DNA from: Bacteroidales bacterium
GTDB lineage: Bacteria > Bacteroidota > Bacteroidia > Bacteroidales > UBA12077
NCBI GenBank assembly: GCA_028282585.1
Contig: JANQHR010000021.1
Span: 1 to 64,000, forward strand
Direction of reading: 5' to 3'
DNA: 64,000 nt
In this document: positions 10,187-20,789 of the stretch, in pieces
Numbering within the stretch: position 1 is the stretch's first letter
Layout of the letters: each line of letters starts with the position of its first letter
Position numbers and translations under genes: made by a program
Notes under the pieces: generated by a model
The model's database searches: none
Told to the model about the DNA's origin: nothing
The model's input: the letters and a program-made list of their open reading frames with translations, nothing else

Positions 10187-10549
10187 ATGAACATATTAAT
10201 AGTTGATGATAATAAGGAATTCCGTAGTGCTTTTAAATTTATGTTAATGGAGAATTTTAGTGATAGGTATGATGAAATTTATGAAGCGGAAAATGGAGCA
10301 GAAAGTTTGAAGATTGTTCAAAATTATTCAGTAGACATCGTTTTTATGGACAAACGAATGCCTGTAATGGATGGAGTAAATGCAACTCAAAAAATAGTTG
10401 ATCAATATAGAAATATTAAAATAATTGCACTTTCGTTCCATTCTGAACTGGAAGACATTAAAACCATGTTAGAAGCAGGTGCAAGAAACTACATAATTAA
10501 AGAAGAAATAACACCTGATATTATATCTAAATGTCTTGATTTTATTTAG
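10187..10549 (+). CDS. Single-domain response regulator (receiver only)
   Basis: ILIVDD, VFMDKRMPVMDG, GARNYIIK; no output domain. Confidence 0.92.
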   Translation: MNILIVDDNKEFRSAFKFMLMENFSDRYDEIYEAENGAESLKIVQNYSVDIVFMDKRMPVMDGVNATQKIVDQYRNIKIIALSFHSELEDIKTMLEAGARNYIIKEEITPDIISKCLDFI

Positions 10550-11825
10550 TAGCAATATTGATTAATTCGATAAGTTTTTCTTCTAAAGTATCATAAGAAA
10601 AATACTTTTTACCTAATGCGTAATTATATTCGGCGATTTCTTTGTTTAACGTATCATTGTAAATAACCCCTTGTATTTCTTTTAAAGCTTCGTCAGTAAT
10701 CACATTATCATCGAGCATAACAGTTTTGAAACCTTTACTTCCTATGTCCGGCCAATAAACAGGTTTATAGTTATTTACAAAAATCGGTCTTTTTGCTAAA
10801 ACTGCTTCTACAAAAGCATTTCCAAAACCCTCGTATGTACTAAAATATGTACATGCCCGGGCGTGTGCATAGGCATCGGATAATGAATAAGATCTGCCGG
10901 TAGTATTTATTGAATGACTTTTCGAAGAAAAACTATGGTAAACAAACAACACTTGCCTGCTTAATTTCAAATCATGAATTAAATCTACTAAATCCATATA
11001 GTACTCACTTCCAGCGTCATCTGCATAGTTGCCGGTAATTATTAACTTAATTTTATCATTTTGAAGTTTATCAATTAACTTTATTGCAGTTTCAATACCT
11101 TTACGGCGAACAATTCGTGTAATTTGAAATAGCAGAATATCGTCCTTCTCAACACCCAGGTCTTCTCTGATATTTTTGTTATGATCAGTAATTAATCCAA
11201 AAGGTTTAGTAAAATCCATAACATTAGGAACTACTACAGAATCTCGGTTAAACTTTTCTTTTAATGTGTCTTGTGCATATAAGTTTATTACAGCGTGATA
11301 ACTGTTTGGTAATCGAAGAGGGAACTCATTCTCCACTAATTCGTTAATTTTAGGATGCGGAGAAACATATCTATCTCCGCGTTCCCATGCAAAATCATGA
11401 TCATGAGTAATAATTGGCTTGTTAGTTTTTATAACTGCATTTTTTATAGCAATTCCCATAGAAATATGTGAAGGTAAGCAAGAAGCGTTTTCGGATATTA
11501 GCAATTCAATATCGTATTGGTGTATCCATTTAACAATCTTATCTTCAATAACTTTTACATAAAGTTGAAGATGTTCAATTAATTCATCCTGGTTAAAGTC
11601 TGGCTGAAAAAATGCTTTTTTTTGTTCCCAATAACTTTCCGGTGAAAAAAAAGACATTTCAGGTACTCTTGTTTCATGGGTTACATCAATTTTACGGCCT
11701 TCAAATTGACCGGATATGATATATATTTCATGCCCCATCTTCTGAAAAACTTCAATCCATTTTTCTGTTTCCAGTGCTACGCCATCAACGCCACCAATTC
11801 TCCCTATTATAATGCCAATTTTCAT
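10542..11825 (-). CDS. GT4 glycosyltransferase, mannosylglucosylglycerate synthase (MggS)-like
   Basis: DGVALETEKW, HDFAWER, VVVPNVMDF, QITRIVRRKGIE, EGFGNAFVEA resemble Thermotogales MggS as recalled. Confidence 0.8.
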   Translation of the reverse strand: MKIGIIIGRIGGVDGVALETEKWIEVFQKMGHEIYIISGQFEGRKIDVTHETRVPEMSFFSPESYWEQKKAFFQPDFNQDELIEHLQLYVKVIEDKIVKWIHQYDIELLISENASCLPSHISMGIAIKNAVIKTNKPIITHDHDFAWERGDRYVSPHPKINELVENEFPLRLPNSYHAVINLYAQDTLKEKFNRDSVVVPNVMDFTKPFGLITDHNKNIREDLGVEKDDILLFQITRIVRRKGIETAIKLIDKLQNDKIKLIITGNYADDAGSEYYMDLVDLIHDLKLSRQVLFVYHSFSSKSHSINTTGRSYSLSDAYAHARACTYFSTYEGFGNAFVEAVLAKRPIFVNNYKPVYWPDIGSKGFKTVMLDDNVITDEALKEIQGVIYNDTLNKEIAEYNYALGKKYFSYDTLEEKLIELINIATK

Positions 11826-11920
11826 AATTACTGTATTTATTAAATTGTAAAGTTAAGAATACTACCTTTATTATTGAATTAATCAATTAAATTTGTATTT
11901 AATCTATAATTAGAAAGAGC

Positions 11921-12313
11921 ATGAAATGGATTTTAAATATTTCGTTCTTAATTATGCTAAATATAGCAGGTTTTAGTCAAGAAGTCAATTCATGTTATAT
12001 AGAAGTTGATTGCCAGGATTTTAATCTGATTATGAAAAATAAAAATCCTTTTATTGTTGACGTAAGATTTCAAAGGGCTTACAAAAAAGAAAGAATAACA
12101 GGAGCTCAAAATGCAACTGATAAAATAGCTCTTAAAGTGTTATTAAATAATGTTGATAAAGATAAGATCGTATTAGTTTATTGCAAAGAAGGAAAACGAA
12201 GTAGAACAGCTAGCGAAATTATCTGTAATGACCTTAATTTTAAAAATGTCTATACCTTAAATAATGGTTTTAAGGATTGGAAAAAGAAGGGATATCCAAC
12301 AAAACTAAATTAA
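11921..12313 (+). CDS. Exported rhodanese-like domain protein
   Basis: Signal peptide; IVDVR, VYCKEGKRS, L.NGFKDW. Confidence 0.88.
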   Translation: MKWILNISFLIMLNIAGFSQEVNSCYIEVDCQDFNLIMKNKNPFIVDVRFQRAYKKERITGAQNATDKIALKVLLNNVDKDKIVLVYCKEGKRSRTASEIICNDLNFKNVYTLNNGFKDWKKKGYPTKLN

Positions 12314-12325
12314 AATTAATTGCGG

Positions 12326-12667
12326 TTAACTCGTAGCCTTTTCTTCTGTTGTATTACTTTGTTCTTTTTCGCCCCCTTTATTTTTTGTAATTCCATACTC
12401 TTTTTTGTATTCGTCAAGAATATTTTTGAGCTTGGTTATTTCTGATGTATTATCAGAAATTGTTGTTTTTAGCTTTTTAATGGTTGGATATGAAAGTAAT
12501 AAACCAACAAAAATACCGATTATCACTGTAATAAGTAAAATTAGGGATAGTGATCCCTTAACTGGATTCCCAATAATAAAATCCAACTCAACAGGTATAC
12601 TATTCCTTAAAGCGAATATTACTAAAACGAGCGCTGATAATAAGCCAATTATGAGTGATCTTTGCAT
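12326..12667 (-). CDS. LapA / DUF1049 family membrane protein
   Basis: Two TM helices with FALRN..V.L.F, then a coiled coil. Confidence 0.8.
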   Translation of the reverse strand: MQRSLIIGLLSALVLVIFALRNSIPVELDFIIGNPVKGSLSLILLITVIIGIFVGLLLSYPTIKKLKTTISDNTSEITKLKNILDEYKKEYGITKNKGGEKEQSNTTEEKATS

Positions 12668-12677
12668 AAATTTAGTT

Positions 12678-15600
12678 TTAAATGTAAATGTACTGATTTA
12701 TTTTTTCAAATAAAACGTCTTTATCCAGTGGTTTTGACATGTAATCATCACATCCGTTTTGTAGACAAACCTCCCGATCGTTATACATTGCATATGCAGT
12801 TTGAGCGATTACGCGTAAATTCGGATTAATTTCTTTAATTTGCTGCGTTGTTTCAAAACCATTAATATCAGGCAATCGAATATCCATTAAAACTACTTTT
12901 ATATGTTTATTTGATTGTACTGCTTCAATAGCTTCAGATCCACTACGTGCAATAATAACTTGTGCACCGAACTTTACTAAAAATCGTCTCAATAATTCAA
13001 GATTATCGTTGTCATCTTCAACAACTAAAACGTGCACATTTTCTAAATTTTTCATTTTGACAGCTGCTTTAAATTCATTGCGTTTAGGCTCCTTAGAGCC
13101 AGTAGTATGACTAATCGGTATAGTGAAATAGAATGTACAACCTCCCTGAATCTTACTCGATGAATCTTCTGGATATGAATCAAACCAAATTTCACCATTT
13201 AATAACTCTATTAGTCCTTTAGAGATAGCTAAGCCAAGTCCTGTTCCTTGTTGATTATTGTGCTTTTTAGTTTCTAATTGTCCAAACCGTTCAAAAATTA
13301 TGTTCTGCATGTTTTTATTAATACCAATTCCTGTATCCGAAACAAAAAATTGATAATCATATCTTTCATCTTTTTTAACTATCGAATATCCAAAACTAAT
13401 TGATCCCGATTCTGTAAATTTAAACGCATTACTGAGCAAATTGTTGAAAATTTGCTTTAAGCGCGAATCATCTGTAAAAATAGTATTAGTCTTACCTGAA
13501 GGAATCTTGAGAATAAATTTAATATCCTGTTTTTTATGTCTATTCTGATGTTCGAAAAACATTTGATAAATTTCTTCCAAGAGCGGATTTATTTCAAATA
13601 TCTTCTTATTAACGGATAGTTGTCCTGCTTCAATTTTTGCAATATCAATGATATCGTTTATTAAATTAAGTAACTGCTTTCCATTAGAGTCGATAATTTT
13701 TAAATATTCTAATCTTTCCTGATTAGAAATGTCTTCATCCTTTAGAAGTTCCGCAAAACCTAATATACCGTTCATTGGTGTACGTATTTCATGCGACATA
13801 TTAGCTAAAAAGGCCGATTTTAGTTTATCACTTTCTTCTGCTTTTTCTTTGGCTTCCAATAAATCGGTCATTAATTTTTTTTGCCTGGTAATGTCACTTG
13901 CAATACCAGCACGGCGATATAATTTACCATTCGAATCGAAAACAGGAAAGGTTCTAATCCATAACCATCGAATTTCACCATTTGGTTTTATCATACGGTG
14001 TTCATAAAAATGATTTTTATATAGATACTGCAAATTATGTTTTCTTTGATCAACTATTTTTTCTCGGTCTTCAGGATGAATCCAGTTTTTATAAGAATTA
14101 AAATCTTCAAAAATTTCTTTAAATCTTTCTCCAACAATTTTATAGCAAGCACGGTTTGCATAAATGACTTTTTGATCTAAAGATCTTAACCAAAATGCAT
14201 CATTAATATTTTCAGATAATTGGCGAAAATTTTCCTTAGTTATTTCTAACTGTTGTTGAGTCTTTTTAAGATCTGTAATATTTACAATTAGTCCTCTTAT
14301 TCCGGTAACGTTATTATCGGTTTTGATAACATTTGAATATACAAGTATAGGAAACCTTTTTCCGTTTTTTGTAATTGCTGTATATTCTTCTCCTGGTAAA
14401 TTTTCTTTTTTGTGTAAAAGACTAATGTTTTTTTGTGCTCTTGCAATTTCTTCAGGAGCTAGCAATTGAACAAAATGTAAACCATTATCCAGATCTTTTG
14501 GAAGGTACTCAAAAATTTCAAAAGCTTTTAAATTAACAAACGTAATATTTCCGTGAATATCTGTTTCAAAAATTACCTCAGGAAGCAATGTTGCAAGAGA
14601 TTTAAATTTTTCTTCACTTTCTTTAAGTTTCTGTTCTGAAACTTTAATGCTCGTAATATCTGTTTGTATCCCAATTGCGCGAATTGGAGATCCGTCAGAA
14701 TCACGCCGAACAATTTTACCATGAGTGAGAATCCATTTCCATTTTCCGGATTTAGTTTTCATTCGCACTTCAGCGTTGAAAAACTCTGTTTTTCCATTAA
14801 TATGATCTTCAAGTTTACCTACAGCAGCAGGAACATCTTCCGGATGGGCAATTTTAACGGTAAAATCATAATTAATTACAATTTCATCAGGATTATATTC
14901 AAACATTCTATACCATTCAGGACTATAATAAATCAAATCTTCTTTTACATTCCAATCAATTAAGGCCTGACTTGCACTTTCCATAGCAAGTTTTAACCGA
15001 CTTTCACTTTCCTCCAGTTTTAACCAAACCTCTTTTTCTTCTTGAATGATTCTAACTAGGCCAACTAGTTTAAGAGGCTCTGAACTTTTGTCCCAATTGA
15101 TAATTCTTCCTGTAGCTTTTAACCAGGTCCAGCTACCTTTTTTATGTTTAACTCTAAATTCAAGATTTAAAGCTGCTTTTATTCTCCGAGCATGTTTAGT
15201 GATTAACTCTTGTGCTTTTTTATAATCTTCCGGATGAATTAAATTACCTGTTTTTTGTGATAATTCATCAAATTCTGATTTATCATATCCTAATGCTAAA
15301 TACAACTCGCTGAGAACAGATATTTTGTAAGTTTTAAGATCAATTTCAAAAGAAAAATAACTAGCAGCTTCCATAGCAATTTGAAGCTTTTCACGATGTT
15401 CTTTTAATTCAAATTCTTTATTTTTTGAAATGGTTTCATCAACATAGATACTTACTATTTCATTATCTGTAAGCTTATAAATATAATTTTGTTTCCATTC
15501 AATAAATTTACCTGATGAAAATGCAATTGCAGGAAACTCTTCAGCCTTGTTTTGTTTAAATACGCGCTGTAATGCATCCAAGAATCCAGAGGCTTTAACA

Positions 15601-15881
15601 GATGGGAAAACATTGATTAGATTTTTACCAGTTATTTTATCACGATTCACTTTTTCAAGCTCTTCAGCTTTTTTATTGAAATATTTAATAATAAAGCTTT
15701 TTCCATTATCTTTTGATTCAAAAAGTGCAATAGCATTTTTCGAATATTCACAAATCTCAAAAAATAATGTTGGATTTATATCATTAGTTGCTTTTGAATA
15801 TCTAGATTTTAAATAGCTTATATCGTTCTCTAGAGTAGTAATCCTATCCTGCAATTCTTCATATGAAGGCAGATTTTCCAT
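12678..15881 (-). CDS. Hybrid multi-PAS sensor histidine kinase/response regulator
   Basis: Several PAS/PAC domains; FLANMSHEIRTPMNG, NAFKFT, DTGIG, GTGLGL; C-terminal receiver VLMDIRLP. Confidence 0.95.
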   Translation of the reverse strand: MENLPSYEELQDRITTLENDISYLKSRYSKATNDINPTLFFEICEYSKNAIALFESKDNGKSFIIKYFNKKAEELEKVNRDKITGKNLINVFPSVKASGFLDALQRVFKQNKAEEFPAIAFSSGKFIEWKQNYIYKLTDNEIVSIYVDETISKNKEFELKEHREKLQIAMEAASYFSFEIDLKTYKISVLSELYLALGYDKSEFDELSQKTGNLIHPEDYKKAQELITKHARRIKAALNLEFRVKHKKGSWTWLKATGRIINWDKSSEPLKLVGLVRIIQEEKEVWLKLEESESRLKLAMESASQALIDWNVKEDLIYYSPEWYRMFEYNPDEIVINYDFTVKIAHPEDVPAAVGKLEDHINGKTEFFNAEVRMKTKSGKWKWILTHGKIVRRDSDGSPIRAIGIQTDITSIKVSEQKLKESEEKFKSLATLLPEVIFETDIHGNITFVNLKAFEIFEYLPKDLDNGLHFVQLLAPEEIARAQKNISLLHKKENLPGEEYTAITKNGKRFPILVYSNVIKTDNNVTGIRGLIVNITDLKKTQQQLEITKENFRQLSENINDAFWLRSLDQKVIYANRACYKIVGERFKEIFEDFNSYKNWIHPEDREKIVDQRKHNLQYLYKNHFYEHRMIKPNGEIRWLWIRTFPVFDSNGKLYRRAGIASDITRQKKLMTDLLEAKEKAEESDKLKSAFLANMSHEIRTPMNGILGFAELLKDEDISNQERLEYLKIIDSNGKQLLNLINDIIDIAKIEAGQLSVNKKIFEINPLLEEIYQMFFEHQNRHKKQDIKFILKIPSGKTNTIFTDDSRLKQIFNNLLSNAFKFTESGSISFGYSIVKKDERYDYQFFVSDTGIGINKNMQNIIFERFGQLETKKHNNQQGTGLGLAISKGLIELLNGEIWFDSYPEDSSSKIQGGCTFYFTIPISHTTGSKEPKRNEFKAAVKMKNLENVHVLVVEDDNDNLELLRRFLVKFGAQVIIARSGSEAIEAVQSNKHIKVVLMDIRLPDINGFETTQQIKEINPNLRVIAQTAYAMYNDREVCLQNGCDDYMSKPLDKDVLFEKINQYIYI

Positions 15882-16007
15882 AGTTAATTAATTGTGATTA
15901 AGCCCTACAAGATAAAAATAATGAATGAAAGCATAAATGTCAATAAACAAAAAAACTAAGTATAAATTACTTAAAGCTTAAAAAAAGATTAATACATGAA
16001 GAAATAA

Positions 16008-16033
16008 AAAATCCGGGAAGAATCCCGGATTTT
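16008..16033. terminator. Intrinsic terminator after the RND operon
   Basis: AAAATCCGGGA-AGAA-TCCCGGATTTT; U-tract on the minus strand. Confidence 0.85.
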
Positions 16034-16055
16034 AAACGTATGTTTGTTAATATAT

Positions 16056-19000
16056 CTATTTGTTATTTTTAGCAATACTTGCTTTTATCCCTTCGGTATA
16101 ACCAGAAATTCTCTTTTGAGCAATTACAGTCATGCGGTACATAACAGGAACAATTACAAGTGTTAAGAATGTTGAGAATGTTAAACCAAAAATAACAGTC
16201 CACGACATTGGGCCCCAATAAGCAGCATTATCACCTCCAAAATATATGTTTGGGTCATAATTTCTAAACAATCCTTCGAAATCAAAATTTAATCCGATTG
16301 CCATTGGTAACAGCCCAAGTATTGTAGTAATTGCTGTTAAAAGTACAGGACGTAACCTGGTTTTTCCACCTTCAATGATACATTCTGTTGCGGCATTAAC
16401 CGGAAGAAATTCATCCTCCGCTAAACCAAGTTCTTTACGCTTTCTTTTTTTCAATAATTCAATATAATCAATTAATACAATTGCATTATTTACTACAATT
16501 CCTGCCAAAGATATAATACCAATTCCAGTCATTATTATCACAAAATCCATTCTAAATGTCCATAATCCTCCGAAAACACCAATTGTACTGAAAAGAACAC
16601 TGGTTAAAATAATTAGTGTACGAATTAAGGAATTAAATTGCGTAACAAGTATAAGTAATATTAATGCTAGTGCTATTAACATTGCATTTGCCAAAAATTC
16701 TGATGATTCATCTTGTTCCTGTTGTTCTCCGGTAAATTCATAGCGGTAACCGGCAGGCATCTCAAATTCTTCCATTATGGCAGCTAATTGCATGTTAATT
16801 GTATTTGCATTATAGCCTTCAATTACATTTGAATATAAAGTAATTACACGATCTAAGTCCTTACGGCGAATTGAACTAAATGTAGTTGAATACTCATGAC
16901 TAGCTACTGCTGAAAGAGGAATATAAGCGGGTGGACCATCTCCAAAAACAGGAATTTTCATATTCATCATAGCTGGTAAATTATAACGATATTCATCCTT
17001 TAATCGGATCATTATAGGATATTCATCTTCACCTACTTTAAAATCTGAAACTTCATCACCAAATAGAGATTGACGTATTGTATTAGCAATCATTATAGTT
17101 GATAATCCATATCTTTGAGCTTTGTCTCTATCTATGTGAATTAATAATTCCGGATTTTGCGTGCTAATATTCATTCTTAAACCTTCAATACCTGCAATAT
17201 TTGCTAGTTCTATTATATTTTTAATGGTGTCTCCAAGATGAATTAACTGATCAAAATCTTGTCCTATAATTTCAAGGTTAATTGGTTTTCCAGTAGGAGG
17301 GCCCTCCTGTGGTTTAGCAACCTCAAGCTCAACTCCAGGAAATTTACCAAGCATGTGCTTACTCAAATCACTAAGCATTTTAGATGTGCTTACTTTATCC
17401 CTATCTTCAAAATCTATAAAGCTAATTATAATAATAGCTTCATTAGGTTTTCCTCCTTCTCCAATTGCCATCGGATCACCTTTACCAACTGTTGCCAAAA
17501 TAGATTCTACAATTGGTATACCCGATTCATTAACGTAAGGTTTGTAAAATTCTGTTACTTCTTCTTCAATGATATTAACAATTTCATTGGTTTCCATTAT
17601 ATCTGTTCCTTCCGGTAATTTTACAATAACATTCACCGATTTTGGATCAGTATCGGGAAAAAATACAATATCAGGAACGTTAGAGAAAAAGAGTATTATA
17701 GTAATAATAAGTAATGCCAATGTTCCACCAAAGAATAATAATAACCGCTTACCTTTTAAGGCGTAGTTTAGAACCTTGCTGTATATTCTTTCCAGTTTTA
17801 CTAAGAAAATATCCTGGAACCATGATTCCATCCTTTGTAAGAATAACTTATGTAATATTCCGATAAATCCAAATATGATTAGCAAATTACCTAAAATCAT
17901 CACTTTACCAAGAATAAATAAAAATCCTACAACAAGCATTATAATAGCAGTGATTAAAGCTTTTCGTTTTTGCTTTTTGCTTTTATTGTTTTTTTCTTCT
18001 TCAGTTGTTTTTATAAATGTAGCAACAACAACAGGAATTATAACTAAAGCTACAAACAGTGATGAAGTTAACACTATGATGAGTGTAATAGGAAGATATT
18101 TCATAAATTCACCTATAATGCTATCCCATAATACCAGAGGAAAGAATGCCGCTAAAGTTGTTGCTGTTGATGCAATAATAGGAACGGCAATTTCTCCAAC
18201 TGCTTCTTTAGCAGCTTGCCAGGGGTTATACCCTTTATCAACATAGCGGTAAATGTTTTCCACCACAACAATTGCATTGTCGACTAGCATCCCAAGAGCC
18301 AATATCAAAGAGAATAGAACAATAAAATTGATTCTGAAATCAATTGCTCCTATAACAACGAATGAAATGAACATTGACATTGGGATTGCTAAACCAACAA
18401 ATAATGCATTTCGAGTTCCAAGAAAGAAAAACAATACGATAATCACAAATATTACACCCATGATCATACTGTTCTCTAAAGCACTTAGCTGTAGTTTTAT
18501 ATCAACGCTTTGGTCATCGGTGATAGAAATTTCCAGGTTTTCGGGTATAAGATTGCTGTTTTTTGCTGCTTCTAGTTTATCATAGATTTGATCGGTTGTA
18601 GAAAGTAGGTTTTCACCTCCTTTTTTTACAACCTGGATCGAAACCACAGAATTTTTATTTAAACGGGCGAAGCTTTTAGGCTCTTCATATCCGTCAATAA
18701 CATCTGCAACATCTTTTAAGTATACATTTTTACCTTCTTCACTTTTAATAATAATATTTTCAAGAGCCTTAATATCTTCAAATTCACCAATAGTCCTAAT
18801 ACTTCGGCGCGTTTTACCTAGTAAGATTTCACCGCCCGACATGGATACGTTTTCGTTTCTAATTGCTTCGCTAATTTCGAAAAAGCTAATTTCTAAAGCT
18901 TCTAACTTATGTAAATCAACATTTACCTTAATTTCACGGTCGTTAACGCCTTCAATTAATGCTTTGGAAACTTCAGGTATGCTTTCAAATTCATCTTGTA

Positions 19001-19526
19001 ACTGTTCTGCATAAAATTTAAGCTCTTCGATACTATATTCACCGGAAAGGTTAATGTTAATTATTGGAAACTCTGTAAAATCCAAGTCGAATACCAAAGG
19101 CCCGCCATACTGTGATTCTATTTCGGGAGGTAATTCATTTTTACCAATATCAACTCCATCTTTAACTCTTCGTAAAGCATCTTCAATATCAACATCTGTG
19201 TTAAATTCAACGAATATCATGGACGCATCCTGAGCAGAAATAGAGGTAATCTCTTTTAATCCCCGTACATTTTCCAATTCTTTTTCAAGGGGGCGAGTAA
19301 CCAAATTTTCAATATCTTCCGGTGAGTTTCCCGGGTATGCAGTTTGAACCATAATTTGTGGCCAAACTATTTCAGGGAAAAGCTCTTTTGGTAGGCTTCT
19401 GTAAGAATATATACCAAAGAATAAAAGTATTATTGCCAGAAGGTATACCGTATTTTTATTTTTAAGCGCAAGGGAGGTTAACTTAAATTCCCTTATCACT
19501 TTTTTGTCTGATTTGTTCTCTGTCAT
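16056..19526 (-). CDS. RND efflux permease (AcrB/AcrD/AcrF family)
   Basis: GMLVDNAIVV.ENI, GIVVNNAIVL, RLRPVLLTA; two large periplasmic loops. Confidence 0.96.
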   Translation of the reverse strand: MTENKSDKKVIREFKLTSLALKNKNTVYLLAIILLFFGIYSYRSLPKELFPEIVWPQIMVQTAYPGNSPEDIENLVTRPLEKELENVRGLKEITSISAQDASMIFVEFNTDVDIEDALRRVKDGVDIGKNELPPEIESQYGGPLVFDLDFTEFPIININLSGEYSIEELKFYAEQLQDEFESIPEVSKALIEGVNDREIKVNVDLHKLEALEISFFEISEAIRNENVSMSGGEILLGKTRRSIRTIGEFEDIKALENIIIKSEEGKNVYLKDVADVIDGYEEPKSFARLNKNSVVSIQVVKKGGENLLSTTDQIYDKLEAAKNSNLIPENLEISITDDQSVDIKLQLSALENSMIMGVIFVIIVLFFFLGTRNALFVGLAIPMSMFISFVVIGAIDFRINFIVLFSLILALGMLVDNAIVVVENIYRYVDKGYNPWQAAKEAVGEIAVPIIASTATTLAAFFPLVLWDSIIGEFMKYLPITLIIVLTSSLFVALVIIPVVVATFIKTTEEEKNNKSKKQKRKALITAIIMLVVGFLFILGKVMILGNLLIIFGFIGILHKLFLQRMESWFQDIFLVKLERIYSKVLNYALKGKRLLLFFGGTLALLIITIILFFSNVPDIVFFPDTDPKSVNVIVKLPEGTDIMETNEIVNIIEEEVTEFYKPYVNESGIPIVESILATVGKGDPMAIGEGGKPNEAIIIISFIDFEDRDKVSTSKMLSDLSKHMLGKFPGVELEVAKPQEGPPTGKPINLEIIGQDFDQLIHLGDTIKNIIELANIAGIEGLRMNISTQNPELLIHIDRDKAQRYGLSTIMIANTIRQSLFGDEVSDFKVGEDEYPIMIRLKDEYRYNLPAMMNMKIPVFGDGPPAYIPLSAVASHEYSTTFSSIRRKDLDRVITLYSNVIEGYNANTINMQLAAIMEEFEMPAGYRYEFTGEQQEQDESSEFLANAMLIALALILLILVTQFNSLIRTLIILTSVLFSTIGVFGGLWTFRMDFVIIMTGIGIISLAGIVVNNAIVLIDYIELLKKRKRKELGLAEDEFLPVNAATECIIEGGKTRLRPVLLTAITTILGLLPMAIGLNFDFEGLFRNYDPNIYFGGDNAAYWGPMSWTVIFGLTFSTFLTLVIVPVMYRMTVIAQKRISGYTEGIKASIAKNNK

Positions 19527-19543
19527 GTCAATTCAATTTCAAT

Positions 19544-20788
19544 TTATTTAACAACATTTACAGGTATTCCCGCACTTACTAAGTGAAAGCCTTTCACTAT
19601 AACCTGGTCTCCTTTATCAAGCCCATCAGCTATCATCGTGTTTTCTGCATATGATAATTCTGTTGTTACATATTTTTTACCAACAATAAGTTCTTGTCCC
19701 TTTTTATTTACTGTATAAACATAATCACCAGTAATATCTTTACGTATTGCCAACGAAGGAATAATAAAAGCGTTATTTGAGGTATAATCATTTATTTTAA
19801 TAGTTGAAACCATATTAGGTTTAATGATTTCACCTTTATTATCAATTTCCATTTCTATTTCAAAGGTTCTGCTTACAGAGGTAATAACCTTAGAAACCCT
19901 AACAATAGGGGTATTGATTTTTATATCAGGTAAAGAAGAAAAGGTTAATTCAACAACTTGGCCTTTTTTGATTTTCCCCACAAATGCCTCAGAGACATCC
20001 GTTGTAATTGTAAGTTTGCTTAAGTTTACAAATTCGATAACGGGAAATCCCGGGCTTGCAATTTCGCCTTCTTTAGGGAATATTTTGTCAACAATACCTG
20101 AAAAAGGTGCAATAATTTGAGACATTTCCTTTTGGGCAATAAGGCCTTCTAATTGTGCTTCTAATCCTTCTTTTGTATTTTTTGATGTTAAATACTCGAT
20201 TTCAGAACCAATACCTTGTTCCCATAAATTATTTTGTTTTTCAAATGTTGTCGTGGCAAGCTCCAAACTACTTTTTGTACCTTTTATTTGCTTGTCAACA
20301 GCATCCGTATTAAGTGTTACCAATAAGTCTCCTTTCTTAACACGTTGGCCTTCTTTAACAAATATTTTTTCAATACGGCCATTCATTTCAGGGCTTATGT
20401 TTGCATAATTTTTAGCCTCTACTTCACCGTATGTGATTATGTAATGATTGAAAACTTCGGGTTGAATATCTTTAACAGCAACGGAAATTAAATTTTTTTC
20501 TTCCCGTGCAGTCATTTGATTTTCAATCTTTTTAATCGCAGATTCTATTCCTACAATTCTATTTTTCTGTGCCGCAATTTGTTTAATAAGTTTTAAATCG
20601 TTTGGATTAACGCTTGAATCTGCTTCTGCAATTTCAGCATCAATATTATTAAGTTGTTTTTCAATATCGAATTGTACTTTTTGTAAAGAGTCTCGTTTAG
20701 CATGTAATTTAGCTAAATCTTTATTTCCTGTCTGTGGGCTGCAAGCCGCTAGCGCAGCAATAACTGCGAATACAATTAACTTTCTCAT
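19544..20788 (-). CDS. RND periplasmic adaptor (MFP), lipoprotein
   Basis: Lipobox LAAC; GRIEKIFVKEGQRVKKGDLL and IIAPFSGIV lipoyl halves. Confidence 0.94.
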   Translation of the reverse strand: MRKLIVFAVIAALAACSPQTGNKDLAKLHAKRDSLQKVQFDIEKQLNNIDAEIAEADSSVNPNDLKLIKQIAAQKNRIVGIESAIKKIENQMTAREEKNLISVAVKDIQPEVFNHYIITYGEVEAKNYANISPEMNGRIEKIFVKEGQRVKKGDLLVTLNTDAVDKQIKGTKSSLELATTTFEKQNNLWEQGIGSEIEYLTSKNTKEGLEAQLEGLIAQKEMSQIIAPFSGIVDKIFPKEGEIASPGFPVIEFVNLSKLTITTDVSEAFVGKIKKGQVVELTFSSLPDIKINTPIVRVSKVITSVSRTFEIEMEIDNKGEIIKPNMVSTIKINDYTSNNAFIIPSLAIRKDITGDYVYTVNKKGQELIVGKKYVTTELSYAENTMIADGLDKGDQVIVKGFHLVSAGIPVNVVK

Positions 20789-20789
20789 T

